A DNA stretch of 64,000 bases from Octopus vulgaris (taxonomy: Eukaryota). Shown here in pieces: positions 54,201 through 64,000 of the stretch. The first letter of the stretch is position 1. Each line of letters begins with the position of its first letter. The stretch covers positions 33,418,001 through 33,482,000 of the forward strand of contig OX597816.1 of assembly GCA_951406725.2 (NCBI GenBank). The letters are read 5' to 3'. The notes below the pieces were generated by a model. That model ran no database searches. It saw only the letters and a list, made by a program, of their open reading frames with translations, and had not been told where the DNA came from. Both the position numbers and the translations under genes were made by a program.

Positions 54201-56121
54201 GAATATTTTACAAATAAAATTAACCCAATTAAATGATTAATTTTTAGGGGGTGCGGGGATTATATTCATCGCCCTCTTTTGGTCAGCCCCAATCTTGATC
54301 TTTCCGCCGCCTTCAGTGGTGGGGGCAGTATTGCCTACTTTGGAAATCGATGTCTTAAACAACGTCACAAACAGTGACGAACGACGCGTACCGTAAGAGA
54401 TTCCAGGTATAGTCCAGTTTACGGTTAATCACTGCAAGTAGTTAGAAGCATTAATGTTCGCTTAGAGTGAGCAACCCCGGTGTAATTATTCTGGTGGATA
54501 AATCTGGGTTCGCTTCGCTGGATTATGAATATTTTCGGGAGTGCAAATTCGAAAAAAATAACAAAGAATACGAAGGCTGTTATATAAAGATGCATAGCCG
54601 AATACTTTGGGTTGTGTATACAACCCACAATATCCTGCTATGCATCTTCATACAGTGTCTTTTCACAAGCTTGATCCGAACCAATCAATACACACGCACA
54701 CACACACAACATAGACTCACTATATATATATATATATACTCGGATAAACAAGATGATTATGTGATTCAAGCTGAAAGGAATTCATAGGCTCTCATATTTA
54801 GGGTTAATGATAAACTAATCAACAGTTACAGTGTCATTATCCTATTTTAGTATTTAGAAAATAAAAATAAATGACCGTCACAAATGATACAAAGCACAAA
54901 TTGATATATGTACTATCCCATCAAAATATAAGTGTTGGTTACATATTTTCCAAAGCACCAAACCTGCCATTCATATTTATATGTTATATTATACATCCTC
55001 ATACATAAACTATCATGGATTCAATGGAATATCTTGGCCAGTTAGTGTTTATTTAGCGATATTATTTCTGGTATTCCTTCATGGACCTAGGACGTGTCTT
55101 CCAGTGAAGTCCATGTATTATTTAAGCGGTTCAATGTATTTTCAAATTGATTCAAACATCATTTTTCGTCCTCCATTAATTTAGTAATAAATAGAAAGTG
55201 AATTGATAATTTAAATGGAATTAATTTAGGTGTCTTGTTTTATATTTGTTCATTGCTTGACGAATTTCATGTGTAGAAACTGTGCTGAAGTATGTTACAT
55301 ACATACACACACACTTAGGCAGAGTTTGAACACAGAATATATAGAACCGGGACATATAATGCAAAACATTTATTCTGTCATTCTGTCAGTCGAAAAGACT
55401 AGTCTGATATATTATTTATCCACTATGAACGTAAGACAAATTTGTCCTCAGTACGATTTGAACGACGACTGCAAAGAACTGCAAGAAACAACACAATGTT
55501 TTAATAATTCAGTCTTTTGGTCTCCTATCCCTTTCCTGACTCATTTATTATAAAATTAAAAACGATAGATTGGCAAAAATCTTTGCTCATTAGTTTAAAG
55601 TGATTGTTGCCTGTATCGATTTAAAATCGCGCTGCACCCAGCAGCATATTTTAATATTTCGCAGCAGAAAACGTGACAAACGAATGTATTCAGCAGCTGA
55701 TAGTGTTCACTCTTCCCCCTTTGTAATAACATGTAACCTCCCACCATTTCGCCCGTATTCTCTTCCTCCTCTTGAAGATATTCTCATCTGGTTATTTAAT
55801 ATATTGTTGGCGATGGTCAACTAACCTTTGGTTAATCTATTTTGGATGAATTGAATTCGAACGAAAGTGTTCTAGCTATAAATAGCATTAAAATTCAATT
55901 ATTGTACGTTTCAAGTCATCCTTCTTGTTTTGACGTCGTTATTGCTATATGCTACAATCATAGAGCTGCAGCTATGCTGGGTTACCGCCTCGAAGGTTTT
56001 AGTCCACCAAATGCAATGGCGTGCTTACTTATTAGGGCTTAGTACTTAATCTATGCTAAGTTACGTAAACAGAAGCATCTATAATTGTCCAGTATTGGGC
56101 GAGACGGTATGGAACAAATAT

Positions 56122-56350
56122 AAGGCGGCGAGCTGGCAGAATCGTTAGCACGCCGGGCGAAATGCGTAGCCGTATTTCGTCTGTCGTTACGCTCTGAGTT
56201 CAAATTCCGTTAAGGTCGACTTTGCCTTTCATCCTTTCGGGGTCGATAAATTAAGTACCAGTTAGGCACTGGAGTCGATGTAATCAACTTAATCCGTTTG
56301 TCTGTCCTTGTTTATCCTCTCTGTTTTTAGCTGCTTGTGGGTAGTAAGGA
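56122..56350 (+). mobile_element. Full-length SINE family B copy inserted into a family A relic
   Basis: AAGGCGGCGAGCTGGCAGAATCGTTAGCACGCCGGGCG...GGGTAGTAAGGAA. Family A remnants lie on both sides. Confidence 0.85.
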
Positions 56351-57249
56351 AGTAGGTATGGAACGAATACAAAGGAGTGCGCGCACTCACAAACCCTTAT
56401 GTATATATATATATATATATATATATCAGTGACGAACTTCCACGCTGGTTCTGTCAAAGAAATTAATTCATAAGGCTCTAATCTTCCCGGAGCCATAGGA
56501 GAAGGCAATTGACCATACTGATGAACGGTGGAACTGAATATAAAACCACATGGTTGCGAAGTAAACTTCTTAACTACACAGTTGTACCTCGTAATTTTTA
56601 TTCATGGTGTCTTTAAAAGAATTATGGGGAAACCATAAAAAGGAGCGGTTTGCTCAACATCAAGGATGATGGAGATGCATTGGGTAAGATGGAGAGTGGA
56701 GGATGTGCTTCTTGCAGTGCTCCTATGAACCCACTTAATTTTTATTCATCGACTGGCTTATCTGAAGGAAATTTGACCTTTAATTTTATCAGGTTCAGTA
56801 GTCACGCGGCGACTCCATTTTTGAGAATTATTGAGGCTATTGTTGATTGATATAACCTATCTGCCTAACGTGAGACAAGCAGTTAGCATAACAGTATCAT
56901 ACTTGGACCTGCTTGGCTTCAGTAGATTGCGAGTGAAGAAAGAAAGCAACTTAACTATAAGCAGTCATCATATGTCATCTCATTCAGAGGAAGCAGGTGT
57001 CAAGAATTAATAAACTGATTCTGTATTAATCTAAGAAATGAAAATTGTTGAATAAGAGATATAAAAAAAACATATTAGACTTTTAATTGGAAACTATATT
57101 TCAAATGGAATCACCAGTGACATGTTTATGGTAATTAATATAGATTTCTAATACAGAAATGAGAAGAAGAAGAAGAAGAAGAAGAAGAAGAAGAAGAAGA
57201 AGAAGAAGAAGAAGAAGAAGAAGAAGAAGAAGAAGAAGACGACGACGAA

Positions 57250-57288
<39 letters not shown>

Positions 57289-60200
57289 ACTAATTATGAT
57301 GCTGTTGTAATTGCTGCTGTTGTTTGCTTGCTGCTTCTACTGCTACTGATGATAAAATTTGCGATCGATTTTAAATGGAGGTAATAATGACAATGATGAC
57401 GGAAAGATAATGCTGATAGTGATGACAGTGAGGCGTTTTATTAATGTTGCTGATGTGGTAGTTTATCCCTATGTCTATCTCGATTCAGCAGACCACATCT
57501 AATAAATTGAATTCCAACCATGACCATCTCTTCTTTCTGTCTGCCGGATAATAATATACATTGTGTCTTTTCTCAAGGCAGCAACATAGTAGTTCTTAAA
57601 CTGAAGTGAAAATTGATTATCCTTGCGGGTTTCAGTGGTGATCCTTTTTCTCAGATCACCTTATTTTTGTATTGTTCCATGTAATCATTGCACCTGAAGT
57701 CTCATAGCTGCCAGGTGGGTGCACCACAGGTCTTAAAAATTATAATTTCAGTATTTTGAAAGTCCATAATAACGTTTTAGTACCTTGAAAATCATGTTAT
57801 ACATAACATAAGTAAAATATAATTATACGCATGTCATAATGGTTAATGTGTTTCATTCATGGTCCTTAGTCATTCAACCTCTGGAGCGAGAGGTCAGCAC
57901 CTTGTACCATAGAACAGGGTACTTTATTCCAACGATAGGTGAGGACCAACTGGGTGCTGATGCAACTCATTTTCACCTTCCAGTTGACCCGTCCTGGCCA
58001 TGTCACTAGATCATGAGGCAAAAAGGGTGTGCAAGTCTGTACACGATTACACACACGCCAAAAACAATTAGAAAAAGTGTACTACAATATACCGAGATAA
58101 ACTCACCCTCGAGTTTTTTGTTTGGTTTGGTTTGGTTGTTTTCTGTTTATACAATACACCAATATGATTATAAAAGAAGTATTAGTTTTCTATTAATTGC
58201 TTCTGAACTTTTAGATTTAAAGCAGTTTTTCTCTTTTTTCTGTGTAGAGTGTTCCAGTCAATTTTTATTGATCTCCACTATACAAGAAAATCAAAAACCA
58301 AATGGTAAACACTGCAGTAAGATGTTTTGAAGGAGAATAAGCAGTTACTTTGATTAGGCGGAGAGACGCCGTTTAGCAACCCACGACGGCTGGATGGTCC
58401 GATGGGGTCATGATGATCATGATGATAATCATGACATTAAGGTGATTTAATAGTGACATTGCTTATGATGACGATGATCATAATAATGAAGATGATGGTA
58501 AATAATTATGGTAGTGCTGGTGGAGATGAAGGGAATGTTACCGGCGTTTTAGTATCAATTTCAGACATAATAAAAAAAAAAGCTTGAAATTTGGAAGCGG
58601 GGTTGTCGGTTATATCGGCGTCGATTCTTCATTGGTATTATATTTTATTGACCTTGAAAGGATGAATTGTGCAGGTGACCTTAGAAGGATTTGAACTCAG
58701 GGCGTAACGATCACTAACTAACCACGTTAATACATTTTGTCCGACTATATAAAGAGTTTTCAATCCTTTGTCTTGACGCTAACAGTAATATTACACACTG
58801 TCTAAATTAACAGAAATGCTTCATTAGTGGTTTCTTACGCTAGATTATAATTACGCAGTCACTATGTAGCTACTCTCTTAGTTTCACGTAATGAATGCCA
58901 CACACGTTTTTCGACAACGAATTTTCTTTTACACATATGCATACATTCGAGATACTGGTCAGGTCGAGCCTGGGTGCCTCTGAATGATAAACCCTGAATG
59001 GTTGAAAGCTGAAACTGCAGCAAGATCCGAGCTTGTTTAAATGCTTTTTCCGCTCTTCTATTGTTTTGAATTAAAATCGTGGGGCTGTGAAACAAAACTT
59101 CTCAAGCTTACATCTGAATCTTGATTACGACTGTCATGCAACCGAATCCTTTATATTCAAGAATAGGAGCTGCCGAAGTTTGCTGAATAAGAATGGAAAG
59201 GAAACATGTACCCTCCTTTATGTACTTTCCTATTACATTTTATTATCGAAAAACTCATGCTAACTACCATGTCTTTCTATCGGTTAATATAGTGTAATAT
59301 TTCAACTTCAAAGAAAGGGGAAATCAGTTTACGGCAGCGATGTAGAGGCACAACACACAACTCCAGTGAAGAGATAGAAGAACGAAGTATATGAAAGAAC
59401 AAAGGATTCCTAAGGAATTCACCCTCTCAGTCACAGCAAGAGTAGTTTGTATCAAATATTTGTTAACAAATCGTTTAAACCTATTCACAGATGTAGTGAA
59501 TAGAACAACTAGTTAATGGATCTAAATTGCTAACACCAGGATATTTCCACATTACTAAAGTCTTCTTCCCGCTGCCGGAGGCAATGATTACACGGAACAA
59601 CATAGAAATAATAGTGATCTGAGAATAAGATTGCCATTGAATCTCGCGGAGATATTCAACTGCCATAATATGCAAAGTGAATATTTTACTCTCAAGAGTT
59701 AAATCACGTTTACAGCATACACGCACACACGCATCGACACACACGCGTCTACACACACACACTTGCACACATGCACGCATATACACTTACACACAATCAC
59801 ATACATACTCTAACAAGCACACGCACAAAGCTACAACATACATTCATATAACCATTGTTGCACAAATTGCATTCAGTGTTTAGACATGTCACACTTCTCT
59901 CCATTGTATTTGTGCAGCTAATAGAAAATCAGAACTACTTCAATATCACAGTCAAATGATTGATTTCAGAAATGGACATTATGCCGAAAAAAATTCTACT
60001 TGTCGTAACAATTCATGCAAAAGAGATGTCTTAATCTGAATAATCTTTCCACTCATAATAGAGAGAAAAAAATAGAAAACAAAAGTTACAAAACATACAA
60101 CACATCGCAAAAAGAAAACAATAGATGAAAAAAAAATTAACTTCTTGGAAAGTTGTTTATTTTTTAAGATTTGTTTTTGTATACTTAATACTATTTTGGA

Positions 60201-62169
60201 TATTATGGAAAAATGAATAAAAAATATATTTGCATCAAAACATAAGAATTAGAATTTAATTTTCAAAACTGAAATAACAAGTTCGAAAATACAGTAATAT
60301 TAAAATTTGTCTCACATATATAAGGTTACACATTCCGTTATATCTCGGTTGAATGCTTTAGCTCACACTCGCACTTTCTTCATCATTCTTTGGACGAAGC
60401 AGTGTATTAATTTATTTATACTTTTAATAAGTATCTCTAGTGATGCGAGGTTAAGAAGCTCTCAATCACGTGTTTATTGGCTCAAATCTGCTACACGATA
60501 AATTTGAAAATATACTATTACTGTAGTCTGGTCGTAACCATACCATTGTGATTGATATTGCGTAGACGGATTTGTTGAAAAATCCCACCCGGTTGATGAT
60601 ATTTAGCCTTGTTTGTCTGAAAAAAATTTACAGTCCCTTCTTGCAAAAATATTTATTCATTACTTGTCGTTAGTGGTAACGCCTAGAGCAGTTAAATACG
60701 TTAAATACCACTAACATGCATTTGAATGCTTTTAAAAGATTCCACTCTGATGCAAGTATTTGCAAGAGGTTTCCGCTTTGCTCAATACATCTGCCCTCGG
60801 GTCGTCTTACGTGGCATTGTACACATTTCTCATCAGTCTGGATATAGATCACCCTCTTTTTCGAGAGTAAGTATTCAGTTCTATTAATTGCGTTTTCTGA
60901 CCATTGAATAAACGTGTCAGCATCGATTATTGACCAGTGAGATGTAATTTTAACGTGACCATGATTTAATGTAATCATGCCTCAAAATGTGTAACAAGTC
61001 GGTGCAACTGAAATATAGGTATCAGTGTTGTTTTTACAAACAGGGTATCGATCGAGTCATATTCACAAGTCTAAGTAGAAAGTGTGGACAAAATCACAGC
61101 TAACACAATAAAAAAATTGCCAACCAAAAATATATTTGACCGAGTACAGTGAATAGTAAATAACATATTTTCAGATTTTAGTATTAGTCTTGGTTAGTAC
61201 AGAACTGTGAGAGATTCATTAGTTATAGATGTGAGAGGCTTAGTTGAAATGTTGCATCCAACAGAGCATTTGTTACTGCAAGTTTTGTTGTGAAGGCATT
61301 ATAGAAAAGAGACAAAACAAATGTAAAAGGGAATCAATTGTAGGCGTATATAGATGTACATTAAAATAAGATAAGGATAGAATGCTTATGGAGAGGAAAG
61401 TAAAAATAGAAAATAAAATATTTCAGTGCAGGACATGGACGGTACGTAAGAAATAGGAAAATAGATAGACGAAATGAAACAGGAGAAAGGAAGAGAATAT
61501 GGGACATCAGAAGGGAAGTAGGCAGGAAATAAAAAATGCATACGGTACTGAAGAGAAGATATTTCTTAAAATATGAGTTAGGTTGTACTGCACTTTAGGA
61601 TGGCTGCTAAATGCGTGAGCCGAAACTCATGCCCCACCCCACCACATTAATTTTGACATTAGTTGGGAAATATAATGTAAGATGTACCTTTTAAACAATG
61701 GTATTGGTAGAATCATCATAAAAGCACATAAACATCTCTCTCTACTTATATAGGTCTCTCTCTCTATATATATATTTGCATGTATATATATACATATAGA
61801 TGTAGGTATGTATATATATATGTATGCATGTATGCATATGTTTTATTTGTTAAATTGTTATATATATATATATATATATATATACATACATACATACATA
61901 TATATATATACATACATACATATATATATATACATACATACATATATATACACACACACACACATATATATATATACATATAAATATATACACATATGTA
62001 TTTATATATATATATATTCATATATACATATATATATTTATATATATCACTATATATAGTATATACATATATATAGTATATACGCAGTGAAGCTATACAA
62101 TAGCGTCGTATTTATTACGATTGATATTTTCCAGTAAATATTGGTGCCTTGTACCATTTATCTACTTTA

Positions 62170-62205
<36 letters not shown>

Positions 62206-63436
62206 ATGTATGTGTGTGTGTGTTTACATATAGTCATATATAAATGTATTTATGTATACATATATATATATATATATTTATATATAAATTTATTTGTGAT
62301 TTGCTGATATGCCGAGAGAGAGAGCTAGCGCACAATCGTATACATACAAACATATACATACATGTACACACAAACACAATCACAAAAACGTAACAAGAGA
62401 GGGTTGCAGACAGACAGACAGACAGTAAGTGTCATAGAGTCCCCAATGAAGTTTCACCTCTCTCTCTCTCTTCCTACCTGTTGTTTTTCCACTGACTGAA
62501 ATTGTTTTTTTCTCTCGGTAGTTGCTGCTGCGAAGGAAGTAGTATGGAAGACGAGAGAGAAAGGAATTGCAACAGGCATGTTCATCTCCAGTCTCGAGAT
62601 AATCGACTTTTTCGTTTTCCACATGAAACTGAAAATAAGGCTGGAGAAGAAATGCCTGACGCAAAGTGTGTTCGTAAAAGATGGAAGTCAATAGCAAGCA
62701 TGTTGCGAGTGAAAGAACCTGTTTAAACGAGAATATAAAAAGGAGAAAGCAAAGTCTTCAGTGTGAGTATGTGGTTTGTGGGGTCGACCGCGCCCTCCGC
62801 TTCATTTTTTGTAAATCACTCCTTCTCGTTTAGTTGTATATATTTTAATTGTTTGTTTATTCATACGTTTCGTCTCATTCGATACCCTGACCCCAATGTT
62901 TGTTTTGTCTGTCCTCGTATCGTCCCCTCTTTTTCTCAACCTCATGCTTAATAAAGAAACTGCCTGGGATTGTTTTAGTTGTCTTCAAATGTGTGCCTCT
63001 CTCACTCCCTCTTTCTCTTTCACTTCCATTGTGTTCCTACTCTCTCCCGCTTCTGATTTAGCAATGTGTGTATGTAACTATGTATCTACTTTTACAATGA
63101 ACGCCGTCACCACTCACTGTCTCTTTCAGTCTGTCTCTCTTTCTCACTCACTTCTTCTGTCTTTCTCACTGTCTTTCTTTCTCTCTTAGGTCCTCTCTGA
63201 AACATTTAAAAAGACAAAACGAATGCCGTCGCCACTCAATATATCTTTCACTCTCTCTGTGTCTCTCTCACCCTCTCTTTCTATCTCCCTTTCTCTCTTA
63301 CTTCCTCTCTGTCCACCTCTGTCTCGTTTTGCCATTTTGAAGTGTGATAAACACCACAGGTATGCACAAAAACAAAACGTTCGCGCATTAATATTATTCC
63401 TAATAATTGGTTGATAAGTGGATTGAACAGAATGTA

Positions 63437-63996
63437 CATTAATACCTCACTTAACGAGGGCCCACTTTACGAGGACCCAGGTTTACGAAAGTCATTTCTC
63501 AAGTGCAATTCAAAGTTTTGAACGAAATGCAGAAGTTTCTATTACCATAACAAATTCTTCTGTGTTAATGAGAAATTTACCGATAGCGAGAAAAAGCTTC
63601 TAAGTAAACAATTCTAGACTTGTTTTTTGATAGAAAACCTACAGGTCCGACTACGGTTCTTGTCAATCGGCCATCGCATCGACAAGTGATGGTGTGTGCA
63701 TGCCTTCTGCGAGTGAAAATAATTTAGAGAACGATAATAGTAACATACTTTATTATAAATCATCTCGACATTTTTTTTTTTTTTACTTTACATCAAATAT
63801 TATTTACATTCTACCGTTGTTTTATTGCCATTTATTTACGAGTATTATAAATTATAAATATAGGCAAAAAATTCTTCTAGGAACGAATTACAATTTATAG
63901 CATTACCACCATGGGGAATTGTTGCCTTGGTTTACGAATTTCGCTTACGGGCGAACTCCGTGAAAAAAAACTAACTCGTATATCAAAGCATTGCTG
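63437..63996. mobile_element. Decayed pogo/Tigger-like MITE
   Basis: TA|CATTAATACCTCACTTAACGAG at the left end and CTCGTATATCAAAGCATTGCTG|TA at the right end (diverged CAG-type TIRs, TA TSD). Repeated sub-terminal TTTACGA motifs. Confidence 0.45.
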
Positions 63997-64000
63997 TATA

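Noticed and set aside
54467-54787. 106-aa ORF of protein-like composition
   Set aside because: It has a GTG start, no recognisable domain and no convincing splice sites, and it ends in microsatellite.

Overview
AT-rich, microsatellite-dense eukaryotic non-coding DNA. I could not support any protein-coding gene; nearly all listed ORFs are translations of (TA)n/(CA)n/(AAT)n/(ATCT)n/(CTT)n tracts. The SINE repertoire looks like that of an octopus/cephalopod genome (inference from recalled repeat families, not from a search). The main signal is a ~3.5 kb head-to-tail array (15547-19040) of a ~536-bp unit (6 full copies plus a partial). Each full copy carries an intact type I hammerhead ribozyme (CUGACGA...GAAA...GUC, palindromic stem III, extended stems I and II), and the array is embedded in (TA)n. 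This is the layout of a non-LTR retrozyme or Penelope-type pLTR multimer, predicted to give ~536-nt self-cleaved, possibly circular RNAs. The window also holds a tRNA-headed SINE-like element with a minimal hammerhead in its tail, present as an inverted pair (7183-7737). There are about seven further decayed hammerhead motifs and three fold-back palindromes next to microsatellites. Other repeats are R4/Dong-like, CR1/L2-like and RTE-like LINE fragments, two copies of a TIR MITE with 8-bp TSDs and internal CCCTAA repeats, and dozens of modular tRNA-derived SINEs. All structures were read by eye; none was computed.
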